Positions 22,946 through 34,895 of a stretch of DNA of 64,000 nucleotides are shown in pieces. Each line of letters opens with the position of its first letter. Position 1 is the stretch's first letter. Where the stretch lies: the NCBI RefSeq assembly GCF_006345805.1, contig NC_043001.1:21328001-21392000 (forward strand). The letters run 5' to 3'. Origin of the DNA: Octopus sinensis. Taxonomy: Eukaryota. Made by a program: the position numbers and the translations under genes. The notes beneath the pieces are model-generated. The model searched no databases. It was not told the origin of the DNA and saw only the letters and a list, made by a program, of their open reading frames with translations.

Positions 22946-23852
22946 GGTAGAGCCAACAAAAATCTAGGCAGTCCATCATCATCATCATCGTTTAGTGTCC
23001 GCTTTCCATGCTAGCATGGGTTGGACGGTTCGACTGGGGTCTGGGAAGCCAGAAGGCTGCACCAGGCCCAGTCTGATCTGGCAATGTTTCTACGGCTGGA
23101 TGCCCTTCCTAACACCAACCACTCTGTGAGTGTAGTGGGTGCTTTTTACGTGCCAGACGAGGCTGGCAAACGGCCACGATCGGATGGTGCGTTTTACATG
23201 CCATCGGCCAGTCGAGGCAGCGATGGCAACGGCCACGTTCCTTTCAATTAATTCCAAAGGAAAAAAGTACTCAAAAATTCATTTACTTTCTCCGTTTCTT
23301 AAATATTCAAAATCTCAAAGTTAAATCAATCTAGCTTACAAAAAAAAGAATGAATCAAGACGAAATTTAATTTGATACATTAATGTTGAATATTTATTAA
23401 TCAAAACAACTACAAATTAATTATAATGGAAAGTTATTTTCTATCAATATTAGAATGCATTTCTTTCTTTCTTTTTTTTTGCTCTCAGCGCAACAGTGAA
23501 TTTTTGAAGCATACAAGAAGTGAATAGGACAAACAATCGAAGCATTCAGGTGGATATGACAATTATTTAGGAGATTTGTGTGGAAGTAACAAGCAACAAG
23601 TCAATAGCAGGAGATAAAAAAAAATCCCAAAATAAACAAGCATGTTAGAAAGAGAGAGAGAGAGAAAAAAAGGAAAGGTTTAATACCCAGTGCAAAGAAG
23701 ATTGCTCATATGTTAATAGAAGAAATATTTGAAATAAAATATGCTTTAAGAATTTCTTTTTTTTTCCAAAAATTCCTTACAGTTTCTTACGAGTCTTAAA
23801 TTGCATACCACATTTCAATTAAAGAATTATCGACTCAGTAAGATGATTTTAA

Positions 23853-24076
23853 CCCTTTAGCATTTAAACAAGCCATATCTGACCCAAATATTCTACCAGT
23901 TTTTTGTTCAAACTGGTCAGATCTGGCCTGTCATACCTATCCTACAATGTCATTCTAAAAAATATATAATCGCATCATTGAAATCTCAAAGTTACAAAGT
24001 AGTGTAGGATTAATTCAAAACATTGTGAATAAATAAGCATTACATTCGACAGAATAATAACCATGATGCTAAAGGG
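23853..24076. mobile_element. piggyBac-like MITE
   Basis: TTAA|CCCTTTAGCAT ... ATGCTAAAGGG|TTAA, i.e. a TTAA target duplication with CCC-starting TIRs. Confidence 0.8.
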
Positions 24077-24604
24077 TTAAGGAATTTCAGTTTCAAAAAT
24101 TAAAAAAGCTTCAATTAGAGAGAGAAGGGGATGGGGGAGGAATCTTGAGTAGAACTTGTTTTCTTTTCTCCAATTTCTTAACCGTGGAAGAAGATAAGGT
24201 GGGGAGAAGTATCAAGAAAAAAAAAAACAAAAACGAATTAGATGAAAGATAGAAGGAACAAGCAGAATTTGAGGTAAATGTGATTCCTGGTAAGGTAAGG
24301 TAACAGGGGAGGGGGTAGGGGGTAGGAATATAAATCAAAAAATATACTCACCCTTTCCTGTTGTAAGAGCAACAAGAAAGAAATAATTGTTAGTTAGATT
24401 GTCTGTAGTTGAGATTACTTTCATAAAACCTCACTAGTAACTAAAGCAAACATTTACAAAATATACCGAGTTTAAGTGAGCTGTGATAACACTCGCTTGA
24501 AAAACACAGCCTTTATACTAAGTGAAGACTGATGATATATCTGCACTGAATGGTAAGCTTTCTGTTGTTGTTATCAGTGTAATCTGTTAGTAAACAAAAT
24601 AAAA

Positions 24605-25540
24605 TCATCATCATCATCGTTTAACGTCCGTTTTCCATGCTAGCATGGGTTGGGCGGTTAGACTGAGGTCTGGGAAACCAGAGGGCTGCACCAGGCTCCA
24701 ATCTTGATCTGGCAGTGTTTCTACATCTGGATGCCCTTCCTAATGCCAACCACTCCGTGAGTGTAGTGGGTGCTTTTTACGTGCCAGGCGAGGCTGGCAA
24801 CGGCCACGATCGGTTGGTGCTTTTTATGTGCCACCGGCACGGAAGCCAGTCAAGGTGGCACTGGCATCGGCCACGTTCGGATGGTGCATTTTACGTGCCA
24901 CCAGCATGGAAGCCAGTCAAGGCGGCGCTGGCATCGGCCACATTCTGATGGTGCATTTTACGTGCCACCAGCATGGAAGCCATTCAAGGCGGCGCTGGCA
25001 TCGGCCACATTCTGATGGTGCATTTTACATGCCACCGGCAGTGTTACATGCCATCTGGCAGTGTTTCTACATCTGGATGCCCTTCCTAATGCCAACCACT
25101 CCGTGAGTGTAGTGGGTGCTTTTTACGTGCCAGGCGAGGCTGGCAACGGCCACGATCGGTTGGTGCTTTTTACGTGCCACCGGCACAGAAGCCAGTCAAG
25201 GTGGCACTGGCATCGGCCACGTTCGGATGGTGCATTTTACGTGCCACCAGCATGGAAGCCATTCAAGGCGGCGCTGGCATCAGCCACATTCTGATGGTGC
25301 ATTTTACATGCCACCGGCAGTGTTACATGCCATCTGGCAGTGTTTCTACATCTGGATGCCCTTCCTAATGCCAACCACTCCGTGAGTGTAGTGGGTGCTT
25401 TTTACGTGCCAGGCGAGGCTGGCATCGGCCACGTTCGGATGGTGCATTTTACGTGCCACCAGCATGGAAGCCAGTCAAGGCGGCGCTGGCATCGGCCACG
25501 TTCGGATGGTGCTTTTTACCACAGGGATCACAACTACAAT
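24605..25540 (-). repeat. RTE-3'UTR/Ceph-like short repeat with internal tandem triplication; representative of about 15 copies
   Basis: catcatcgtttaacgtccg..ctggatgcccttcctaa.gccaaccactcc. Other copies near 12940, 13565, 22976, 29975, 38625, 40200, 51465, 55055, 56130, 56650, 57805 and 60640. Confidence 0.85.
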
Positions 25541-26057
25541 TTCCAATGAACAGAATTGTAGCTTGTATTTTGTTTTGGTAAATAAGAAATAATGACATCT
25601 TCTACGAGACTGTACAACAAGCTGAACATCCCTCTATGTCAGGCATTTTTTTAATCTTCTTCTTGTTCCAGTCATTAGATCAAGGCCATGCTGGGGCACT
25701 GCCTTGCAGGATTTTTAAACAAATGAAATGGCTCCAGTACTTATTTTCTTACTTTTTCTATTGGTCGCTTCCCCTCCGGACTGCAAAGTTACAGGGATGT
25801 AAACACACCAACACCGGTTGTCAAGCAGTGGGTGGAGGCAAACACAGATACAAAGACACACAGGATATATATATATATTCTTTTATTTGTTTACTTGTTT
25901 CAGTCATTTGACTGCGGCCATGTTGGAGCACCACCTTTAGTTGAACAAATCGACCCTAGGATTTATTCTAGGGTTACAAGGACGTAAACACACCAGCATC
26001 GATTGTCAAGCGATGGTGGGGTGGGGGGACAAACACACACATAAACATATATATATA

Positions 26058-26577
26058 TACTAGCAGTATCGCCCGGCGTTGCTCGGATTTGTAAGGGAAA
26101 TAACTATATAAGCATTTTTAGAGAGTTACTTCCCTTATAGATGCCAATTCGGGCTTTCTTAGCCATTTCTGTTTTGGTGTCTTCAAGCCATGAAGTCGTT
26201 GTTCTAAAAGAACGCTGGTCTCCTTGACAACGCTTTACGACGTTGATTTCCTTACTCTCCCTTCCCCACAGCTTCACGAGGGAGGGAAGAAGGGGGAGAA
26301 GCAAACACAGGTGCAGGTGTTTGAGCGTGGACGCCAACTCCACCGCCATCGACACACGAAAAATTATGCATTAAAATGGAATAAAAAATGATGTTAAATT
26401 ATTTTTAAAATCGTAGACTCATCGTAGACGCGCGCTAATACTCAGACGGGCTCGATATGAATCACGACTATAAGATACCCGAATTTGGTTAAACTGCACC
26501 GCAAAATGTGGGAGTAGTTAGGAATCTAAATCGAAGGGGACAGACACTCACACAACTACAGTTTTATATATATAGAT
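26058..26577 (+). mobile_element. Non-autonomous Helitron-like (Lep1/HINE-type) element inserted in a SINE (TA)n tract
   Basis: 5' end tactagcagtatcgcccggcgttgctcgg, 3' end acagacactcac..ttttatatatatagat. No TSD; it splits a SINE copy. Confidence 0.65.
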
Positions 26578-27823
26578 ATATATATATGACAGGCTTCAAT
26601 TTCCGTCTACCAAATTCACTCACAAAGCTTTGGTTGGCCCGAGGGTAGAGCAGAAGACACTTGCCCAAGGTGCCATGCAGTGGGACTGAACTCAGAACTA
26701 TGTGGTTGGTAAGCTTGCCACATAGCTACTCCTCCTACAACATATATATATATATATATATATATACACAACAGACTTCTTTCAGTTTCTGTCTACCAAA
26801 TCTACTCACAGGGCTTTGGTTGCCTGAAGATTATAGTAGAAGACACCTGCCCAACTTGTCACGCAGTGGGACTGAACCTAGAACCATGTAGTTGAGAAGC
26901 AAACTTCTTACCTCACAGCCAATGTACAACCTTTTCCAAGAAGTGCGTTGCATGAGACAAGGCTCTTCATCAGGTAAGTCACAATACCAAAAAAAAAAGA
27001 TTCAAGGTAATTTTTTGTTAGGCATACCATTCAGAAAGTACTCCAGGCTGCAGTTCACTCATGGTTACTCTATGTCATTACTCATCCTACTAGAAAAAGC
27101 AACCAATTTCCTTCGACTACACCCTACTGTCTTGTATAAAGAAAGGACATGTTAGATAATGTATCCTACATAACTTTAATTAAGACAGGATATATACAGC
27201 TGGAACACCTTTGATCATACATCTGCTCAAATAAGGTTGATAAGGGGATAGCTAAGCAACAAATGCAATAGGCAATAGTGTTGGTCCCATCATATATAGA
27301 GGACTGCAGCCTCTATATTTTTGCATCTTCAAGTAAAATATACTAGATATTAAAGGTGAAATAATTTTGAAAAATAATGTTTTCTACATATTTTTTTATG
27401 CTTTTTTTTTTATTGTTTACTTGTTTCAGTCATTAGACTGTAGCCATGCTGGGGCATGGCTTTGAAGAAAATTTAGTCGAATGAATCGAACCCTGTACTA
27501 AATTTTTTTTAAAAGCCTGGTACTTATTTTATTGGTTTCCTTGCTGAACCACTAAGTTACAGGCTCATAAACAAACCGGTAACAGGTGTCAAGCTGTGGT
27601 AGGGGACAAGCACAGACACACACACACACATATATGAGCTTCTTTCAGTTTCCACCAACCAAATCTACTCACAAGTGTTTGGTTGAGCTGAGGCTATACT
27701 AGAAGGCACTTGCCCAAGGTGCCATGCTGTGGGACTGAACCAGAACCATGTGACTAGAAAGTAAATTTCTTACCACACAGCCATGCTTGCACCGATCAAT
27801 ATAAAAAAATAAATTGATAAGTA

Positions 27824-27895
27824 GGTCTCATGGTGTAATGGTTAGCACTCTGGAATCTGAATCTAGCAATCTGAGTTCAAGTCTCGGTGAGACCT
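27824..27895 (+). tRNA. tRNA-Gln (anticodon CTG at 27857-27859), possibly decaying copy
   Basis: 72-nt cloverleaf: acceptor stem GGTCTCA/TGAGACC, D arm GGTGTAATGGTTAGCAC, anticodon arm CTGGA-ATCTGAA-TCTAG, T arm CTGAG-TTCAAGT-CTCGG. A TTTT run follows about 7 nt downstream. A32 and two G.U pairs deviate from the canonical metazoan Gln-CTG. Confidence 0.8.
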
Positions 27896-28587
27896 TATAT
27901 ACTTTTATAGGCACAGGAGTAGCTGTGTGGTAAGTAGCTTGCTTACCAACCATATGGTTCCGGTTCAGTTCCACTTGGCAAGTGTCTTCTACTATAGCCT
28001 TGAGCCGACCAAAGCCTTGTGAGTGGATTTGGTAGACGGAAACTGAAAGAAGCCCATCATATATATGTATATGTATATATGTGTGTGTGTGTGTGTATTT
28101 GTGTGTCTGTGTTTGTCCCCCCAACATCGCTTGACAACCGATGCTGGTGTGTTTACATCTGCATAACCTAGCGGTTCGGCAAAATAGACCGATAGAATAT
28201 GTACTAGGCTTACAAAGAATAAGTCCTGGGGTTGATTTGCTCGACTAAAGGCGGTGCTCCATCATGGCCGCAGTCAAATGACTGAAACAAGTAAAAGAGT
28301 AAAGAGTATCATTATTATTATTATTACTATTACTATTATTATTATTTAATGTTCTCTTCCCATGTTGGCATGGTTGGATGATTAGACAGGATCCTGCATC
28401 GAACTCCAGTGTCAGCTTTGGCATGCTTTCTATGGCTGGATGCCCTTCCTAACTTCAACCTTTTTACAGTATGTAATAAATAAAAGAAAAAAAACTGTAA
28501 ACATGAATTGGTTCCACAAACGAAAAAAAAAAGTTTCAATGAGAAAGAAGTACCTTAAAAAAATAAGTTACGAAACTTAAAACTTAC

Positions 28588-28681
28588 CAACTTTCAGATT
28601 TTTTTAAGAGGTTGGTAGATTCATTGGAATTTGTTGCAGTTGAGTTATTGTTATTCCGTCGTTTATCAGAGATCTTGGCAC
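28588..28681 (-). CDS. TADA3: TADA3 coding exon 5 (GAKISDKRRNNNNSTATNSNESTNLLKKSES)
   Basis: 94 nt, phase 1 in, phase 2 out, which links exon 4 to exon 6 in frame. LLKKSE matches TADA3. Donor gtaagt; acceptor is a weaker aaaaag. Confidence 0.85.
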
Positions 28682-29179
28682 CTTTTTAGGAAGATAAATG
28701 AAAGAAAATGGTTTAGTAATAAGATGAAAAAAAGTTTCAAGATGAATTAAAAAATCGAATTTTACAAAAATTCAAGAATCCTCAAGACAGCTGCATGAGT
28801 CAGATTTGAGATCAAAGAGTTATGAAGTTGGAAAGTCCATTTCAGTTACATTGCAACAAAATAAACCAAAAAGTTGTTAACCTAAATCAACTTGGTTAAT
28901 GCTCCCCTCCCAGCTGAAGCGGGGTTTTATCTTGCAAGTTACTTGGTGACTATGTTTGTGCTGGCACCATGTAAAAAGTAGCAGTGTTGATGCCATGTAA
29001 AAAGCACTGGTGATGGTGCCATGTAAAAAGAAGTGGCTGTGTGGTAAGTAGCTTGCTTACGAACCACATGGTTCCGGGTTCAGTCTCACTGCGTGGCACT
29101 TTGGGCAAGTGTCTTCTACTATAACCTTGGGCCGACCAAAGCCTTGGATTTGGTAGATGGAAACTGAAAGAAGCCTGTC

Positions 29180-29208
29180 GTATATATATGTATATCTATA
29201 TATATATG

Positions 29209-29263
<55 letters not shown>

Positions 29264-29272
29264 CTATATATA

Positions 29273-29318
<46 letters not shown>

Positions 29319-29422
29319 TATATATATGTATATCTATATATATGTATATATATATATATATATATATGTATATCTATATATATGTATATATATATATATA
29401 TATATGTATATCTATATATATG

Positions 29423-29469
<47 letters not shown>

Positions 29470-29470
29470 C
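29180..29470. repeat. Long compound (TA)n/(TG)n microsatellite inside a SINE
   Basis: Directly visible. Similar tracts at about 400-500, 1590-1855, 5240-5430, 6570-6620 and 63370-63540. Confidence 0.95.
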
Positions 29471-31515
29471 TGTGTTTGTGCCCCCCAACATCGCTTGACA
29501 ACCGATGCTGGTGTGTTTACATCCCTGTAACTTAGTGGTTCGGCAAAAGAGACCGATAAAATAAGTACTAGGCTTAAAAAAGAATAAGTCCTGGGGTCGA
29601 TTTCCTCAACTAAAGGTGGTGCTCCAGCATGGCCGCAGTCAAATGACTGAAACAAATAAAAGCATAAAAGAATACGCTCTGTAAAGTGGTTGGCTTCTAG
29701 CTGTAGAAACGATGCCAAAATAGACAATGGAACCTAGTGTGGCCCCTGGCCTTACTAGCTGCTGTCAAAAAGTCCAAACCAAGTTAGCATGGAAGGTAGA
29801 TGTTAAATGATGAGGATGATTATGATGAAGTGAATAATGAGAAAGGTCGATTCCTCACTGAGATCATACCGGCCACACACACACACACACACACGAGGTG
29901 TATGGTGATACTGAAATGAAGCCCCAGCTGCAGTACTGTGATGATAATACTACTACTACTACTACTACTTCGGCGTCGTCGTTTAACGTCCGTTTTCCGT
30001 GCTAGTATGGGTTGGACGGTTCGACCGAGGTCTGGGAAGCCAGGAGGCAGCACCAGGCTCCAGTCTGATCTGGCAGTGTTTCTACAGCTGGATGCCCTTC
30101 CTAATGCCAACCACTCCGTGAGTGTAGTGGGTGCTTTTTACGTGCCACCAGCACAGTTGCCAGGGGAGGCTGGCAACGGCCACGATCAGTTGATGCTTTT
30201 TACGTGCCACCGGTACAGAAGCCAGTCAATGTGGCGCTGGCATCGGCCACGTTCGGATGGTGCTTTTTACGTGCCACCGGCACAGAAGCCAGTCAAGGTG
30301 GCGCTGGCATCGGCCACGTTTGGATGGTGCTTTTTACGTGCCACCGGCACAGGTATCACAACTACAATTTCCATTTGATTTCTATTTTGATGTTGATGTA
30401 CTTGACTCAGTAGGTCTCCTCAACCACAGCAGCACTATTTATAAAATTACCAAGGATCCAAATACAAGGTATCACTAACAATGTTACCACAAAAAGTTTT
30501 TGCTTTATATTGGAAGGAGGAGGAGGAAAAGAAGGTGCTGCCACCACAATTTTAAATAGCAAATCTTTATATCTGTTTATACATTTACTTTGTTTTTATG
30601 TCTGTTTTTTCCATGGTAGCATGAGTTGGATGAATATATTATTGAGGTATGTGATTTTGGGTTCAATCCCACTTCATGGTATTTAGGCAGGTGTCTTCTA
30701 CTATAGTCATAGGCAAATCAAAGCCTTGTGAGTAGATATGGCAAATAGAAACTGAAAGAAGCCTGTTGCATGTGTAAGTTTCCTGTCTTGACATTGCACA
30801 TCTGTTGTAAGCAAGCATCACCATCATACAGTTGTTGTTTGTGTTTCCAATCTTTTGTGAAAATATCCCTTGGCAAGGGGAAAGATTACCTCCCTTGCAA
30901 ACAGGTGCTGGCTGGCAACAGGAAAGGCATCTTGCCATAGAAAAATCTGCCTTAACAAAATTCTCTGTGACACATGCTAGCATGGAAAAGTAAATGTTAA
31001 AATGATGATGATGATGACGATAAAGTTACACTGAATAAGAAATCCTCTATGTCTACCAGTGAGAAGCACAAATAGATTGTATTAACAAAATTTATGGCTG
31101 GATGCCCTTTCTGTAAAATTGTTGGCATCAGGAAGGGCATCCAACCATGAAGATCATGCTAAAAGAGACCTCGCGGTTGCTGGTGCTACATGTAAAAGGA
31201 ACCAATCTACTCTGTAAAGTGATTGGTGTTAGGAAGGGCATCCAACCATAAAAACCATACCAAAAGAAACCGTGCTGGTGTTTCTTGGAAAGCAGTCAGG
31301 TCACTCTGTAAAGTGGTTGGTGTTAGGAACGGCATCCAGCTGCAAAAAGCATGTCAAAACAGACAGTGGAGCTTAGTGTACTCCTCTGGCTAGCCAGATC
31401 CTGTCAAATTATCCGACCCATGCCAGCATGGAAGATGGACATTAAATGTTGATGATGATGATGATGAAAACTGATATACTGAAAAGCAAACAGAATGGGA
31501 ATTTAAGATATGTAC

Positions 31516-31765
31516 CTTCTTTTTGTTCATCCATGATATCTTCTTGAGCCCATCGTTCCGAGTAATGTTTGCCCAAAGGCGGAATTTTGAAAAACTCACT
31601 ATCATCTTTAATTGTCACCAGAACTTCTTCTAGAACTTTCATATCTTCAGTACTGATTTCTGCACAGTAAGGATCAACCGATGCCCAAAAGCGATTTACA
31701 ATATCATTTTTCTGGCTACGAGCTATGTCAGAAGATTCCGAAATGTCATAGTCAGGCATTTTCAC
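31516..31765 (-). CDS. TADA3: TADA3 coding exon 4 (VKMPDYD...NRFWASVDPYCAEI...FKIPPLGKHYSERWAQEDIMDEQKE)
   Basis: Track ORF 31442..31765 carries the hallmark ADA3 motifs NRFWASV.PYCA.I and KIPPLGKHYS.RWAQED. Acceptor ttttctctag, donor gtacat; phase 0 in, phase 1 out. Confidence 0.97.
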
Positions 31766-32692
31766 CTAGAGAAAATACAAATGTTTTTAAAAAATTAGGA
31801 GTCGTATTATTTTGGTTCTTTAATCTGTCACCTGAAAACAGAACATTAGAATTTTTAAAATCAAACATGTCAACACTAATATCTATTTTTTACTTAACAA
31901 AATCCCATAAAAATTATGCCAACCACATGGTTCCAGGTTCAGTCCCTCAGTATGGCACCTTGGGCAAGTGTCTTCTACTTTAGCCTCGGGCTGACCAAAG
32001 CCTTGTAAGTGGATTTGGTAGAAGGAAACTGAAGCCTGTGGTATAACCTACATACATACATATATATATGTATATGTGTGTATATTTGTGTGTCTGTGTT
32101 TGTCCCCGCACCATCTCTTGACAACTGATGCTGGTGTGTTTACATCCCCATAACTTAGCAGTTTGGTAAAAGAGACCAATAAAATAAGTACTAGGCTTAC
32201 AAAGAATAAAGTTCTGAGGTTGATTTGTTTGACTAAAAGGTGGTAGCCACAGTCAAATGACTGAAACATATAAAAGAGTAAAAAAAGAGCAACATGTAAG
32301 TCCTCAACACATTAGGTGCAAATAAATTTGCATTCTTAAACAGTGGTTTCAAATTAGGGCAGCAAGCTGGCAGAATTATTAACATGTTGGGCAAAATGCT
32401 CAGCAACATTTTGTCCGTGTTTACATTCTGAGTTCAAAACCTGCCAAGGTTGACTTTGCCTTTCATCCTTTCAGGGTCAACAAAATAAGTACCAGTTGAG
32501 CACTGGGGTCGATATAATCGATTACCCCATCTCTGCCAAAATTTGAAACCAATATAATGGTTTCAAGTAATGGCACAAGGCCAGAGATTTTTGGTTAGAG
32601 GTGGGGTGAGTCAATTACATCATTCTCAGTGCTCAACTGGTACTTTATTTTATTGACCCAGAATGGATGAAAACTGAAGTTGACCATGGTAG

Positions 32693-33000
32693 TAATTACT
32701 TGTACTTGTGGTGACATTCACCCTGGGTGAGTTGAGTCGGCTTCTTCTACCACCCTCAAGGCATCTCGAACCATGACAGCCCATGCACGACGGTCCTGCA
32801 CCAGTTCACAGGAGATAGTGAGCCAGTCACGGTTCCATAGGTGTAGGCCAACCACCTGCAGTCCCGTGAGCATGGAGAGGTCCTCCTTGATCGTTGTAAC
32901 CCAGGTCTTCAGCTGCCCGCCCGCGCGTTTCCGCCAGTTGGGAAGTGGAGTTGGGAGAAGGACATCACGGAAGTTGGGAGGACATCACCCGTGATGTCCA
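32693..33000 (-). mobile_element. 3' end of a different, GC-rich RTE family with 12-bp TSD
   Basis: Open frame RDVLLPTPLPNWRKRAGGQLKTWVTTIKEDL...QDRRAWAVMVRDALRVVEEADSTHPG* followed by a CAAGTA tail. TSD tgaccatggtag at 32681-32692 and 33001-33012. Confidence 0.8.
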
Positions 33001-33339
33001 TGACCATGGTAGAATTTGAACACAGAATGTAAAGCTGGAAGAAATGTCGCTAAGCATATTTCACAATGCAATAATGATTCTTCCAGCGCTCCTATTTTAA
33101 AAAAATATATCAAATTTTGTTACGAGGATATTTTTCTAGAGGCTGCTTTATGGAAAAGAAACCACCACTAGAACCCCTTGAGCAGCTAGTGTGTAGGAAA
33201 GCGGTGGAAGGAGTTCAGTGAATCGTAACCTCTTGGTAAAGGGAAGATTTCTCTTGCCACATGAATGACAGAAGCAAATGTAAGAATTGTGATGCTACAT
33301 GTTGGGAGACATGAACTATCTCTGTGTGAAATATTGACA

Positions 33340-34895
33340 GCAGGATCAGTCCTCAGCCCCCTCTTATTCATCATAGTCCTTCAGGCAATAACAGAGGAAT
33401 TCAAGATGGGCTGCCCCTGGGAGCTCCTGTATGCTGATGACCTTGCTCTACTAGCTGAATTATTATCAGAACTAGAGAAGTTTCAGGTGTGGAAGCAAGG
33501 TCGAGAATTGAAGGGCCTTAGAGTCACTCTAGCAAAAATCAAGTCTTAGTAAGTAAGAAGGCAGACAAATCACAAGTCCTTTCAGGTAGATGGCCCTGCT
33601 TGATCTGTAGAAAAGGCATAGGTAGAAACTCCATAAGATGTACCTGGTGTAAGCTATGGACATGCAGCAATATCAAAGGAAGGTTAACTGGGAAGATGGT
33701 TTTTGCGTGTAGCAGTTGCACAGGGGCAATAAACACCAAAGATGTTTATTGATTCCATCACATGCCAGGGGAAAAAACTAGAAGTAGTTGATAGCTTCCA
33801 TTACCTAGGTGACCAAGTCAGTAGTGGTGATGGATGCTCTGAGAGTGTAGCTGCAAGAATAAGAATAGCCTGGGCATAATTCAGAGAGCTCCTACCTTTG
33901 CTGGTAACAAGAGGTTTCTCACTCAGAGTGAAAGGTTGACTGTATGATGCAAGTGTGCAAACAGCCAATGCTACACGGCAGTGAAGCATGGGCTGTGACT
34001 GCTGAGGACGTGTGTAGGCTTGAAAGAAATGAAGCTAGTATACCTCGCTGGATGTGTAATATCAGTGTGCATACGTGAGAGAGTGTAAGCGCCCTGAGAG
34101 AAAAGTTGGGCATAAGAAGCATCAGATGTGGTATGCAAGGAGTAATATCAGTGTGCATACGTGAGAGAGTGTAAGTGCCCTGAGAGAAAAGTTGGGCATA
34201 AGAAGCATCAGATGTAGTATGCAAGGAAGATAACTGTGCTGGTATGGTCATGTGTTGTGTATCGATGCGGATAGCTGTGTTAAGTGTCACACCCTAAGAG
34301 TGGAGGGAATCTGTGGAAGAGGAAGATCCAGGAAGATATGGTATGAGGTGGTGAAGAACAACCTTCGAACATTGGATCTCACAGAGGCAATGACAAGCAA
34401 CCAAGCCCTTTGGAAATATTCTATAAATGAGAAAACCCGGCAAGTCAGGTGAGATCGTAGCTGTGGTTGATGCCAGTGTCGCATATGAAAGTACCCTTCA
34501 CTTGTCAGGCATTATGCTGTACTTGAGAAGACCTGTTGAGTCAAGTGAAATCATAGCCGTGGCCGATGTCAGTTCTGCCTGACAGGCACCCATGCCAGTA
34601 GCATGTAAAAAGCACCACTTGAGCGTGGCTGATGCTAGTGCCACCTGACTGGCATATAAAAAGCACCATTCAAGCGTGGTTGATGCCAGCGCTGCTGACT
34701 GGCCCCTGTGCCAGAGGTACGTAAAAAGCACCCACTACACTCTCAGGGTGGTTGGCATTAGGAAGGGCATCCAGCTGTAGAAACCTTGCCAGATCAGATT
34801 GGAGCCTGGTGCAGCCCCCTGGCTTGCCAGTCCTCAGTCAAACTGTTTAACCCATGCCAGCACGGAAAGCGGATGTTAAACAATGATGATGATGA
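33340..34895 (+). mobile_element. Second decayed RTE copy with the same 3' UTR; internal tandem duplication of about 85 bp near 34060-34230
   Basis: GSVLSPLLFIIVLQAITEEFKMGCPWELLYADDLAL in track ORF 33265..33549. Ends in gatgatgatg. Confidence 0.85.
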
